Part shown: positions 1 to 12,990 of the stretch, in pieces
Numbering within the stretch: the first letter of the stretch is position 1
Layout of the letters: the number at the start of each line of letters is the position of its first letter
Source of the DNA: the human T2T-CHM13v2.0 reference genome, Homo sapiens
NCBI RefSeq assembly: GCF_009914755.1
Contig: NC_060947.1
Direction: 5' to 3' (one strand)
DNA length: 64,000 nt
Position numbers and translations under genes: made by a program
Notes under the pieces: model-generated
What the model saw: the letters and a program-made list of their open reading frames with translations, nothing else
The model's database searches: none
Told to the model about the DNA's origin: nothing

Positions 1-593
1 AGGTGAACTTTTGATTTAATACTGTACTGGCGGATACATGAAATTATGCATTTGTCAAAACCCATACAAGTTTACAGTTGAAATAATGATTCTTAATGTA
101 GGCAAGTTTAAAAAAAATAAGTGGTCAAGTGTCCCAGGATGTAATGCAGAATGTGAGAGGAGAATTTCATTGCATTACAAATGTATGAAATAACCTCACT
201 GACATGCATAGAGGAAGTAGGCATATTGACCTAATTAACTTTGAAAATGAGTGTAGTCTTGAATACCAAAGCCAAATTAAACTACACATAAACACTGTAC
301 TCTAATTGATAAGATTGTTTCCAACAGGGATATGGATTAACAATTCTGAAAACACTATAAAAGAATACTGAAATTGAGCAATTAAATAGATGGCAGATGA
401 TGGGTGCCAGGTTTCTCAGTGTTGCAGTAGGAGTATGAAGATAAGCAAGAGGAAGACCTAGAATAAATATGTGGTAGTAGATTACAATTGAAAACATCAG
501 TGTGAACTCATGTTTAACTTAATAAAGACATAGATGGTTACATATAGAAACAGCTATAAGGATACAAATGGGTTAGTATACACACATACACAT

Positions 594-826
594 ATGGAGT
601 AACACTTATGCAAAATGCTTGGGACCAAAGGGTTTCAACGTTTAGAGTTTTTCAGATTTTGGAATATCTACATTATACTTACCAGTTGAGCATCTTTAAT
701 CTAAAAATTCAAAATCTAAAATGCACAAATGAGCATTTCCTTTGAGTGTCACGTTGGCACTCAAAAAGTTTCAGATCTTTGAGCGTATGGAATTTTGGAT
801 TTTTGGATTAGAGATCCTCAACCTAT
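594..826 (-). mobile_element. Tigger4a/MER46A-type TcMar-Tigger MITE
   Basis: aaaatgcttgggacca...ttaccagttgagcatc...ttggattagagatcctcaacct matches the reverse complement of the ~236-bp Tigger4a consensus as recalled. Confidence 0.8.
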
Positions 827-1033
827 ATTTCCTTGTTCTGTTAGCTAAGATGGCTCCAAAGTAATGACAACATCAATGAGCACACCTAGTGCCCAGATCT
901 TGGTTTCTAATACCATTTGCAAATAAAAGGAACCAGGGCTCATTGAAGAAATAGCTGACTGTGGGCCCGGGGCAAGAAGCATACAAGAGGATGAGGAATC
1001 TTTTAGCAGAAAGTAATAAAATGTTAAAGAAAC

Positions 1034-1536
1034 AAAAACCTACAAAGGATAGGATATGTCAATGGGGATAGGAGCCAAATATAAGAGCTCCTGTTCCCCA
1101 AACCTAGAAAAGTTTGAACAACAAAATAGAGCATCATTAATAGAGAGAGATATATATAGCCATATATATATAAATAAATATATAAATATATATAAATAAA
1201 TATATAAATATATAAATAAATATATATATAAATATATATATAGCCATATATATATAAATATATATATAGCCATATATATATAAATATATATAGCCATATA
1301 TAAATATATATATGGCTATATATATATTTGGCTATAGTTTACATATATACTATATATACTGTATATACTATAGTATATAGTATACATATATATGTGTGTG
1401 TGTATATATATATATATTTGGCTATAGTTTAATGATGCTCTATTTTGTTGCTCAAATTTTTCTAGGTTTGGTGAACAGGAGCTCTTATATTTGGCTCCTA
1501 TCCCAATTCGACATATCCTATCCTTTGTAGGTTTTT
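1034..1536. repeat. ~107-bp inverted repeat (arms 1034-1140 and 1429-1536) enclosing an AT-rich microsatellite
   Basis: Direct comparison of arm 1 with the reverse complement of arm 2 gives 4 substitutions and 1 indel. Confidence 0.95.
1141..1420. repeat. Complex (TA)n/(TATAAA)n/(TG)n low-complexity tract
   Basis: Seen directly. Confidence 0.95.
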
Positions 1537-1543
1537 ATTTCCT

Positions 1544-1546
<3 letters not shown>

Positions 1547-1586
<40 letters not shown>
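1547..1586. repeat. Pure (AT)~20 microsatellite
   Basis: Seen directly. Confidence 0.97.
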
Positions 1587-1588
<2 letters not shown>

Positions 1589-1947
1589 ATCAGGCCATAG
1601 TGATATAAATATACAACTGAATAAAAAATAAGTTAGATTTGGTAGAAAACCTAAAATTAAAATCAATGAGGGAGAACAGGCAAATCTCCTGTACATAAAC
1701 ATTCCAAACAATTCGTGTGGACACTCTGCTCTCAAGGAGATCTCGCATAACTTCCCACTCCTTGAGTGTGGATTCTGCATAGTAACTTCCTTCCAGAGTA
1801 CAGTATAAAAAGGTGGGGGAAGGAATAATTTTATAGTGGAGAAATCTGACAAATACAATCTCAGCCAAGTAATCAAAGTCAATGTCAACAGTGATAAGTC
1901 ATGTTGATAGTTTTTACCCTTGCTATCATGTGATAAGAATGACACTT

Positions 1948-2106
1948 ACCTTAGTCAGTTTGAGCTGCTATGACAAAATACTATAGACTGGGTGGCTTTT
2001 GAACAACTAAAATTTATTTATCACAGTTGTAGAGGCCAAAAGTCTGAAATAGGGGTGCCAGCATATTTGAGTTCTTGTGAGGGCCCTCTTCTGGGTTGCA
2101 GATGGT
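1948..2106 (-). mobile_element. MaLR LTR fragment (MLT1A/MST-like 3' end)
   Basis: cttagtcagtttgagctgctatgacaaaatactatagactgggtggc is the typical reverse-complement MaLR LTR end. Confidence 0.75.
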
Positions 2107-2109
2107 AAA

Positions 2110-2803
<694 letters not shown>

Positions 2804-2883
2804 GAAGCTGTGAAATAAGTGGGTATTGTTTCAAGCCACTATCTTTGTGGTAATTTGTCCAGCAGTAGTAGATTACTAATACA
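2804..2883 (+). mobile_element. MLT1 LTR 3' end fragment
   Basis: aagccact...tgtggtaatttgt...cagcag...actaataca terminus. Confidence 0.65.
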
Positions 2884-2929
2884 GAATTTGAGAGGCGTAT
2901 CTATGCAGCTACCTAGGGAGAAATGCAGA

Positions 2930-3280
2930 AAACAGCAGGAGAGTAACATGACCTGATGTAGACTGTAACAGGGTCACTTTGGTCGCTGTATTGAAGACAG
3001 ACTGAAGGTGGCAAGGTCAGAGGAGCCTGGAGAGCAGGTGAGAGGATGTTGCAGTAGACCAGTTGAGAGATTATTTTGGTCTGGGCTAGGGTGGTGGTCG
3101 TGGAGGTGACAGAAAGGAGTCAGATTCTGGACTTATTTTGAAGGCAGTGCCAAAAGAGTTTCTTGACAGACAGAGTGAAAGTGGGATATGAGAAAGGGAG
3201 GAGTCAAGAATGACTCCAAGGTTTATAAACTGAGTAACAAAAGAATGGAGCTGACATTTACTGAAATGGAGAATCAAGTA
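2930..3280 (-). mobile_element. L2 LINE fragment
   Basis: gaggagtcaagaatgactccaagg. The minus-strand ORF 3086-3322 contains NLGVILDSSLS, typical of L2 ORF2. Confidence 0.85.
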
Positions 3281-3384
3281 AACCCTGGGCTGGAGCCCCT
3301 CCTCATTGCATTTTCCTCCCATGAATTGTGACCTAATTCTAAGAGTTACATTTTAAAGTGAAAGTGCCCCAGGCAAAAATAACT

Positions 3385-3580
3385 ATAGTAATAGAACATT
3401 TGATGACATTTATTGAACTCCTACATGCCACACACTATTCTAAGTGTTTTATATATCTCATTTAATTATCTTAACAGTCCTATACAGAGGTACTCTTAAC
3501 TGCTAAATTTTAAAAATGAAAATATTAAGGATAAGAGAGGTTATACTTGCCTCCAGGTCCACAGACTGTTAAGTTGTGGA
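3385..3580 (-). mobile_element. MIR SINE
   Basis: acatttattga...atctcatttaat...gagaggtta..cttgcc MIR core in reverse orientation. Confidence 0.65.
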
Positions 3581-3649
3581 GCATAATGTTTATGAACACA
3601 CAAATACAAGTTCTAGAATCAGAGAAACTGTACTCAAAACTTAGTTCTA

Positions 3650-3944
<295 letters not shown>

Positions 3945-4394
3945 TTAGTTCTAGTTTTTACTATCCATGTGATCTTGAATATGCTATTTAATGTCTCTGA
4001 GCCTGAATTTCCCAATAATAGTAAGTGAACTGGGACCTTTTGCATGTGTTAGTTTATTTAACCCTTAAAATGATCCAGTGAGGCAGAGTGCATCACCAGA
4101 TACAGAGTCTAATGATTAGATCAGTGAAACAGCCTGCCTGGGCCATCCACCCCTGGGTGTTTGTGCGATGGTCCCCAGGGAGAATATGTGAATGGATTGG
4201 TGCCAATGCACTTCGCATACTCTGCTGATGGCGAGATGTTGGCATTTCTACGGAGACAGCTATTTTGACAGCAATGCTGATTAAACAATTCTACTGACTA
4301 GAAATAGTGTAGACATTTTATTAATCAAAACTACTGCTCTGAGTTTTGTTAAACTGGTTGCTATTTAAGTTTCTGGAATAATAACAGGAGCTGC

Positions 4395-4600
4395 TAACTG
4401 TTGAGTGTTTCCTATATGCAGGACGTGGCAATAAATGTCTTATTTTGTATATGCTAATAGATATAGTCTTCACAGCCTTGTCACACAAAGATTCACATTT
4501 TCTTGTTTTATAGATAAGGAAAGTGAGACATGCAAAGTAGCTTATTATCATTAAATAACTAGTATATGACCCATCTGGGCTGACTTCAGATCTGATGCCC
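4395..4600 (-). mobile_element. MIR SINE
   Basis: ttgagtgtttcctatatg...ttttatagataaggaaagtgag motif. Confidence 0.55.
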
Positions 4601-4671
4601 TTAACCACTGTAATTTTGAGATTGACCACTTACTATGAGCTAAGTGATATGGCAAATTCATGATATCTTCC

Positions 4672-5177
4672 TGTTATTTAAATAAGGCAGAGATGGTTCC
4701 TGTTTATTTGCTGAAAATAGCCCCATGTTGTTTATTTCTTACACATCTTTAAATTGCTTTAAATATAGCCCAACATAAACATATTTTTAACCATTTAGAG
4801 CCTACTTACTCTACATATCCTCATAAAATTACACCCAACGTCTGCTAACCATAGGTAAGACAAATATTGTAGCTATAAAGATCCCAAACCACTGCTCTTC
4901 TTCAGAGCTCTTTGATTGAGAGACTATGGTGCTGCTGAGCAACATCACCGAGTAAATAACCCCCCTCTTCAACTTGCCTCACCCCCTGAGTATCCTTTGA
5001 TTTATTCCTCTACAGAGTGGTGGCCCATGACTTTATCTCTGGAAGGTCTCCTGCTGGGAGTGACTTCCCGTCCCATGTCCCATGCAATCTTATTCACATG
5101 CTGCCCAGTAAAGATTGTGTGCCTCTCATGATCCTGTCTCTGTCTTAGTAAGCCCAGAAATACTTGAACTCACTACA
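4672..5177 (+). mobile_element. Old ERV1-class solo LTR (MER89/MER90/MER110-like)
   Basis: TG...CA termini, TATA-like ctataaag and poly(A)-like agtaaa near the 3' end. Subfamily uncertain. Confidence 0.5.
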
Positions 5178-5224
5178 TTTTCTCATCAGGACTAAATCAT
5201 AGGCCTTCATTAATTTACTTTGTG

Positions 5225-5480
5225 TTTGTGTTGTAACATCTTTATTTGTGGTATAATTTACATACCATAAAATTTATTCATTTTATGTGTCCAATTCAAC
5301 AATTTTTAGTACATTTTCAGAGCTGTGCAAATATCACCACAATCCAACTTTAAAACAATTCCATCCTCCAAAAAGAAACTCATGCCCATTTACAGTAACA
5401 CCTGTTCCCATCCCCAACCCCAGGCAACCAACTAATCTACTTTCTGACTCTGTAGATTTGCCTATACACTTTCTGTAACA
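5225..5480 (-). mobile_element. L1MB-type 3' end
   Basis: gtataatttacataccataaaatt...caggcaaccaactaatctactttctg...gatttgccta. Confidence 0.8.
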
Positions 5481-5719
5481 TTTTATCAAGACAAAAAGCT
5501 GATTTTGACCCAGATGAACCAATTTTTAGTTATATAGTTACTTTAGACATGTCTAAATGATATTTTAGCAAGTTCATAAAGGCTCTAAAAGTCTGTGGTA
5601 AATATATATGTGTGTGTGTGTATCCATCACAGATGTAATGTAACTCCCTTAAAGACTATAACACTTTTGCATCCGTTCATTCATCTGAGCCAAACAATAT
5701 CATGAGGAAGGCAGAATTC

Positions 5720-6050
5720 TATGGTAGCGTTAATAGGACATGCGCTCTGCAATCAGAGCTGAGTTCTATTTAAGCTCCATGGGAATATAGACTATGTCCA
5801 TCAGGTTCACCATTATGCCCTCAATATTTAGCTGAATGCCTGGAACATAAGAGAACCTCGGTAACTGTTAGGAGGGTTAAAAAAGGAACGAAAGAAAATA
5901 AAAAATGAACTCTGCGACTCCCCAGCAAGCTGCAATGTAAATTTCACTTCACTGAGCCTCTAGCATCTCCAAAAGGGGGAAAATATCCATCTCCTAGAGT
6001 TGGGAGGATTGAATGAGATGATGTTTGTTAAGTGCTTGACACACAGATAA
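5720..6050 (+). mobile_element. MIR with an embedded L2 3'-end fragment
   Basis: cttcactgagcctc...ggaggattgaatgagatgatg...agtgctt (MIR); gaatgcctggaacataag (L2 tail). Confidence 0.55.
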
Positions 6051-7654
6051 GGGTAGTGAGGGGCAGAGGAGTTTAGTTACTTGTCCAATGGTATATGTCG
6101 TGCACTGTAGTGGTGGAAGAAGGGCTCAAATTTAGACCTGCCTTTCTGCCTACCTGAGAAAGCCCTTAAGCAGTAATTTAGAGAACGTTTTGACAGACAG
6201 CTGAAATGAGCACAGATCATTGTGACTATGTGCTACATTATTACAGAGGTGCAGTGATGGTGGAATTAAATGATCCTACAATGTCATTTTTCTTCTCGGT
6301 AATAGTGGTAGAAAAATCCCTTAGTGCAGGCCTATGTGATTTCAGAGTCCATCCTTTATAGTAAATGCCTTACCTTACCTATTCCTTATCTCCAGTCCAT
6401 AAAATGGTGTTTGATCACTTTAAATCCTCTTCTCTGCTTGGCTTTGATTGCAAAATGTGGTCAGGTTAATTGGTACAATTAAAGTGTTCCTGGGGGATAA
6501 TTACCCCTTTTACTTTCTATGTGTGAAGAAGGAGGATGACTGGTCCCAAAAATGGGATCCCTGTGGCACACTGAAAAGGAGAATTAAATACACAGTGAGA
6601 TGAAGCCCAGAAAGCATTTTCTCTTGTACTTAATATAATTAGCCAATAAAAGCATATGCAGTTTCTTATATCTATTTCCACCAATTCACACACCTTGGGG
6701 TAGGCGGAAAGAAATGATCTGGCATCTGAAACAAGAGAAAGCCGATGTCTGAGTCAAGGAAGTAGGAGTGAGCAGGAGGGCTGGAGAGGTTTTTGTACAT
6801 CTCCAACAACCTTGCCCTCCTTTCCCACCTGACACATCACCACACCATGGTTATTGCCAGGCCTTTCTGCTGAGTTTTGAGAAACAATAGCCGCTGACCA
6901 ACTACCTTTTTCTTTTCTAGATTCCAGCCCTCGACACAACAGGAATCTCCTCTGAGGATTCTGCCAGCCATAAAGCTCCCCTCCCCAACAGCTCCCAAAT
7001 CACTCTCAAGCCTGAAGAGTGCTGCCCTGTCTTCAACACCACAACTACACCCGGGCTGCCGGAACTAAGGTGTATTCCCCAGCAAGATTTAAAGTCCACT
7101 CGGGAAAGTAATACAGTAAGTCTTCTACCTTAAAAGCTGTTATGAACTGTAATGCTTAGCAAATTGGCTGGGGGGGTGGGGGTGAAATTGCAAAACACTC
7201 TTTTCACCCTGCAACTTGTATTTACAAGCACATTATGAAACTTCCTTGTAATCAGGTTGAGTGACTTGAGCACCATGTGATTCAAAGACAATTTAGGTGT
7301 CAAAGTGAATAGGCTCATTTATACAATGGATACATTTCTCACAACCAGTCAATAATTAATGTTTCAAGTTGGGTGCAAGAACCATGTCGAAATTGACATC
7401 CTTTAAAATGACATCCTTCTGGGTGATCAAGAGGAAGGGAAACAGAAGAAACTTCAACAACAGAATCATAAGTATATGGCTTACATAAGTATACTACAGC
7501 AAGCTGGAATCGTCTGTCCATTGACTCCTCCAATTATGCTAAATTGCCAGAATGTAGACTGTGAAAACTGGTAGGAGTTTTGAAATAATTTCACCCTTAA
7601 GGTTTCTTAAATGTATAATTAAAAAATAAGGGGTGGAAAAGGTGACAGAAGAGA

Positions 7655-7845
7655 AATGGCTTTGGAAATAGAGCAAGCGTCACCATTACTACATGACCTT
7701 GAAAACTTTACTTCGTTCTGTGAATTTCAGTTTTCTTCTCTATGATTGGAAGTGATAAATCTTCCTTTGTAAGATTATTATGAGGACTAAATGAGCTAGG
7801 TACAAAGCGCCTAGCAGCGAGCCTATCATAGAAGAAACGTGTACT
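7655..7845 (+). mobile_element. MIR SINE
   Basis: catgaccttg...tttcagttttcttctctatg...atgaggactaaatgag. Confidence 0.65.
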
Positions 7846-7850
7846 AAATT

Positions 7851-7990
7851 CTGGTTCTCAAACCTTCTCAAGAAGAGAGAGCCCATCATCGAAATGAGTT
7901 ACAAAGTTCCTTATGCATGGGAACTTTCCTAGAGAGAAGGCCCATAACTTTCATCTATTGCTCAAAGCTCCAAAAGGTTAAGAACCACCA
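7851..7990. mobile_element. hAT-Charlie MITE (MER103/MER5-like)
   Basis: TIR-like ends ggttctcaaacctt and aaggttaagaacca. Confidence 0.6.
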
Positions 7991-8189
7991 CAATAGACTG
8001 AACGTCTCAAAGGTAGGAAAGCCCCTTATTCATTTCTATATACACGGTGGCACATTATTTTGAGACATGAATCAAGTATTCCTCCTGGAACTAGAGCAAC
8101 CTGTTGGTTTGATTACTAAGGATGGTTGATTTCACATCTGTCCTGAACCCAGCTCTGCACAGGGTGCAGATTGTAGCAACAGCAGTATT

Positions 8190-8420
8190 AATGTTAATGA
8201 CTAGCCTTTATTGAACTCTGTATATTCTAGGAATTGGGCAAATGATCTTATAACTATTAATTTATTTAATCACCAAGCAATCCCATGAGGTAGCTATCAT
8301 TATTATTATCCCCATTTTTAGAAGTGAGAAATTGAAGAAGAGAAAGGTTAAGAATCTTGCTTAGTGCTACACAATCAGTAAGGGGTGGAGCTGGCGTAGG
8401 AATCAAGCAGTCTGACTAAG
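8190..8420 (-). mobile_element. MIR SINE
   Basis: cccatgaggtagctatcattattattatccccatttt...gagaaattgaag...aggttaag. Confidence 0.75.
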
Positions 8421-8529
8421 CGTCTACCCAAACTAAGTCTGAGAAACATACCTATCCTAAGGGAGCTCACCATCACCTTAATTAGATTTTTGAAAAGATA
8501 CACTCTAGGAAATTTGGACTTGACACCAC

Positions 8530-9399
8530 CCACTAGTGCCCAGCTGCTCCCTACTCCGTACTGGGGCTGGGATGCATGGCCCAAGGAACCCATACAGCTG
8601 GCTGGCTAGTTCCCGAAGCCACAAGCCGCAACAGCCTTCCCCTTCCCCAGCCAAGGAGCTTTACTCCAGCGGACAGTAATTAAGCTTAGACTTTTCTCCC
8701 TGGTGGAGGAAGCAGTTGCATAAGAATAAGAGACTCTTCCCCAGGCATTTTTAAACTGTTTCTTTTCTTCCCTCTTCTCCTCTTCTCCACCACATCAGTC
8801 AACCTTTAAAGGTTTTTTTTTTGTTTGTTTTGATTTTTTCCTTTTAGAGGACATTTTTACTGGGCCAGGCCCCTCAACTATCATTGTTTGTACTCTGTTA
8901 AGTTTTGGTCGTGAAAGGATTTGTGGCGCTAGTCTTGGGCGGTGGCCAATCTGCTGTGCTTTGCATATCTGTATGGTTTGTGATGCAAGCCTCCATCTTG
9001 CTTTACATCGTGGGGGCACGGCCCAGTAACCACTTGGCAAGGCTTTGTTTAGCAACCCTGCCTGAGGGGAGGAGCCCTCTCAGGTTTGATATCTGCATGT
9101 TTTCCTAGCCCTGTCTCTTAAAGGGCCCCACCCAGAGACTGGGTTTTCTTCTGCCTGTGTGTGTGTGTACTGTGTGTATTGTCTGTCAAAAGAGCTCTAA
9201 TTAATTTGGCCTAAAGAAAGAAAAGCACTTGGATCAATAATTTCTTTTAAGGGAAGTAAAAGCTGCAGTACCTTTCAGTTTACGTGACTTTAATCTTTGA
9301 GAAATAAAAGCAGCCGTAAAGATTACTGGTGAAATGTAGGTCAGATGCAAGGTTTCCTTATTCTAATGGCAGTTAGATATGCTTCTTTAGAGGGGGGAA
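8530..9399 (+). mobile_element. ERV1 internal remnant (MER61-int/HUERS-P3-like), ending in a polypurine tract
   Basis: Leader-like ERV sequence with PPT agaggggggaa (9389-9399) directly abutting the LTR. Left boundary approximate. Confidence 0.65.
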
Positions 9400-9721
9400 T
9401 GAGACAGCCAGGTGGGAGGGGATCCCTGAAGAAACTCCAACCAGCCTGCCCACTGAGGTGGGGCCTCAGGAAGTCCAAGAAGTTTGCAGCAGGGAGGAGC
9501 CTGGCCCCTCCTCTTCCTGTGTGGAACCTGAGATTCAAGCTGCAGGCAGGAAGTGCTCTAGCAGGGACTCTGGCCTTGGGAGAGTCCCTGTTTCCCCCTT
9601 TTCTTCCTTTTCACCCAATGAAACCCTGTCTTACTATTCAATTTGTCTGCAAGCCTGAATTTTCATGGCTATGGGACAAAGAACTCCGTCTTTAGCTGAA
9701 CTAACGAAAAGTCCTGTAACA
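9400..9721 (+). mobile_element. MER61-family LTR (3' LTR)
   Basis: Begins tgagacagccaggtgggagggg..ccctg..gaaactccaaccagcctgcccactgagg and ends tttagctgaactaa..aaaagtcctgtaaca. Confidence 0.85.
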
Positions 9722-9724
9722 ATA

Positions 9725-10030
9725 AGATTATTTATGATAGCCAAAAAGTGGAAACAACTCAAATATCCATCAACATTTATACAATAGAATTGTCTAGAAA
9801 ATGTAAACTAATCTGTAGTGGCAGAAGGGAGATCAGTATCAGTGGTTGCCTGAGATAGAGCAATGGCAAGGGAGGATGGAGGAGTGATTACAAAGGGGTA
9901 TAAGGAAACTTCTGTGGGTGATGGTTATATTTATTGACTTGATTGTACTCATGGTTTCATGGGTATGTACGTATGTTAAAACTTATCAGATTGCACACTT
10001 AAAAATGTAACTGTTTATTGTTTATCTCAA
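9725..10030 (+). mobile_element. L1ME-type 3' end
   Basis: gatagccaaaaagtggaaacaactcaaatatccatcaac...cagtggttgcctg...aaaacttatcagattgcacacttaaa. Confidence 0.75.
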
Positions 10031-10367
10031 AGCCACTTTTAAAAATGACAGTAATACCACCTACATTCCAGGGTTGTTATGAGACTTAAATAAGATCATT
10101 TATGTTAAAATGCCAAAAACTAACACAAAAATTTAACATAAAAATAACCATTTAGTAAACAGAAGTTCTAACGTAATTGTAAATAATGGAGAGTCATTTT
10201 TTTATTGAGCAGAGGCATGAAAAAGCGAAGAATCTCATTTCAGCCGTTATAGTAGATCAATTTTAGTTATCTCCCTTCATATGTACCTTAACAATGAATT
10301 AATGAATACGTGTCCCAATGTACAAGTGCAATATATATGTATCTGTATTTGTGCATGTGTGTATATA

Positions 10368-10563
10368 CATTAAGTCCTCACTAACGTTGTCAACAGGTTC
10401 TTGGAAATTGATGTTAAGCGAAACTATGTACTAAATGCCATAGGACCTTAACTCTTGTCTATACCAGCCTATGATAAAATTGGTTTCATTACACAGCCTG
10501 TCATTTTTGCTTTAAGGAGTAGTTTCCAAGAACTTATGGATGACGTTAACTAAGGACTCACTG
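10368..10563. mobile_element. TcMar-Tigger MITE with ~40-bp TIRs and TA target sites
   Basis: Left end cattaagtcctcactaacgttgtcaacaggttcttggaaa versus right end tttccaagaacttatggatgacgttaactaaggactcactg; TA on both flanks. Confidence 0.75.
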
Positions 10564-10754
10564 TAAGTATGTATATATGTGTGTGTTTACATGTATATAC
10601 ATTCACACACATATATATGTTTACACTTTCTTGAAAAGTCCTTTCTACACAGTGCATTGGAAGTGGTCTACTTTATTTTCATTTCTATTGTTATAAAAGA
10701 CCTCAAGGTTGTTTGGAATCAGTGGAATCAGCAATTTTCCCTATTTTTAATAAA

Positions 10755-10970
10755 AGTGGGAGCTTATTTTATGCTAAGCATTCAACTATGCCCTTGATGT
10801 ACATCATAACAGTTTTCCTGGGAAGGAGGTATCATCAGCTCTATTTTACAGGTGAGGAAGTGAAGGAACACTAAGATTAAATGATATCTTTAGAATCACA
10901 CAGCTAGTATGTAGCAAGGCCGGGGAACATATTCAACATAATCTAACCCAAAACTCCATAGTATTTTAGC
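10755..10970 (-). mobile_element. MIR SINE
   Basis: ctattttacaggtgaggaagtgaagg...tcacacagctagt. Confidence 0.7.
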
Positions 10971-11338
10971 TCTGCGAGGCTTTCTTCCCAAATTGCTAGA
11001 TCTAGTATGTGGGTACATTGCTAATACCACCTCAGCAGTCACATGTACCTACAAATTACCAAGATGAATTCAAACCTAGCCTCACAATTAGTGTCACGTC
11101 AGTGTCAGTGAAGCCAAGGCTATGGTGAAGAGAGGGAGAAGAATCCAATTCAGCCAGCCATAAAAAATAATCATTAAATGTATGATTCAAGGTGAGTTTA
11201 TAGATATTTTAAGTCCAAGCTAATATCCATGCAATAGGAATCAAATCGTTGAGACATTCCAAAATCTTAGTGCTATATACAAATTTCTGGATGGAATCTT
11301 TTTAGTTTGAAGTCTCATTTTTGTCTGTGTTCTCTGCT

Positions 11339-11645
<307 letters not shown>

Positions 11646-11949
11646 TGTTCTCTGCTCTTAAACTAAAATTTTAATTTTAGAAGATGCTAAAGAAGATGTG
11701 GCTAAGTGTATCAAACTAATTTATCAAGTACTATAAATTGAACAGTTTAATCCTGAACATGAAATTTTAATAAAAGTGCCTTAATAAATCTTTAAGCACG
11801 TAAGGAAAAGTTACTATAATCATATTGGCTTTAAAAGAGATTTTCATTCTTTTATTTGAGGTCATAATAGATATAAGACCCCTAGGGAAATATAAAAATG
11901 AGAAATAAAAAGGTATTTTGTACAGTTATGGCTAATATTACAATAGTCT

Positions 11950-12210
11950 CATGTCTGGGATGTTAGACCTCATGCTTTGATCCCAGACAAGCTAAGTTAG
12001 ATTGTCAGCCCTGCCACTTCATAGTTTACTGGGTTGCACTAGGCAAGTGCTTAGCCTTTCTGGGATTCACTTTCTTATACTGTAAAATTTTGCCAATGGC
12101 AGCACCTACCTTTAGAATTGTTCTGTGAATTAGATAAGGTCATGTATGTTAGCAACCAAGAATGATTCAAGGTACACAGAAGTGTACTCAACAAATAGGG
12201 GATGCTATTA
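11950..12210 (+). mobile_element. MIR SINE
   Basis: ccctgccactt...ggcaagtgcttagcctttctg...tgtaaaa...gtgaattagataag. Confidence 0.65.
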
Positions 12211-12481
12211 AAATAGAATTTGGGCTGCATAGGAGTTTAATGAGTTTAACTTTACTCCATTGCCTTTCCTGGCTGCAGGCAGTAGTGGGAGCCCTGGGCA
12301 GTTAGCTCAATGATGGGTGTACCCAGTGGCCTGAGGAAGGAACCTAGAACTAGGTTAAAGGATCCAATCCAAGTTCTGGGTAATCAATGCTAATTGCACA
12401 CTCAACTGAGGAGCCTCCAGAACATCACCTTGGCATAAAAAGCATAGCTCTGACTTGACTTCACTTTTAACAATTGTTTGG

Positions 12482-12767
12482 GGCCGGGTGCGGTGGCTCA
12501 CGCCTGTAATCCCAGCACTTTGGGAGGCCAAGGGTGGGTGGATCACATGAGGTCAGGAGTTCGAGACCAGCCTGGCCAACATGGCAAAACCCCGTCTCTA
12601 CTAAAAATACAAAAATTAGCCAGGCATGGTGGTGGGTGCCTATAATCCCAGCTACTTGGGAGGCTGATGCAGCAGAATCGCTTGAACCTAGGGTGAAGAG
12701 GTTACTGTGAGCCAAGATTGTGCCACTAGACTCCAGCCCAGGTGAAAGAGCGAAACTCCGTTTCAAA

Positions 12768-12798
<31 letters not shown>

Positions 12799-12812
12799 AA
12801 GTAAAATAAAAA
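12482..12812 (+). mobile_element. AluSx-like with (TAAA)n tail
   Basis: Full dimeric Alu; tail is aaat repeated about 8 times. Confidence 0.95.
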
Positions 12813-12849
12813 TTAAAGAAATTGAGTAACAGCTTTACAATAACAATGC

Positions 12850-12990
12850 AAATTGTTAACATTTTTGACAACTTTGTATGTGCTCTGCCCTATATGAAAC
12901 ACTGTATATGCATTATCACATTGCATCCTTAATAATAATTATGAAATAGGTGCTATAATTACCCTCAGGTTATAGATGAGAAAACTGCTG
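12850..12990 (-). mobile_element. MIR fragment
   Basis: tatgaaataggtgctataattacc...ttatagatgagaaaactg. Confidence 0.65.

Larger units (their letters stand above)
1..1945 (+). mobile_element. Old L1 (L1MC/L1MD-type) 3' UTR fragments, interrupted by a MITE and an AT-rich rearrangement
   Basis: Motifs recalled from L1MC/MD 3' UTRs (gcatttgtcaaaaccc, gcccagatcttggtttctaatacc, atagtggagaaatctgac, gataagtcatgttgatag). Boundaries approximate. Confidence 0.65.

Noticed and set aside
1040-1945. Minus-strand ORFs rich in YI repeats (85-136 aa)
   Set aside because: Translation of (TA)n microsatellite and old L1 UTR; not genes.
9345-9695. 116-aa ORF
   Set aside because: Lies within the MER61 LTR; no recognisable protein.
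9400-9721. Possible p53 response element, known in some MER61 subfamilies
   Set aside because: I see no tandem RRRCWWGYYY site in this copy.
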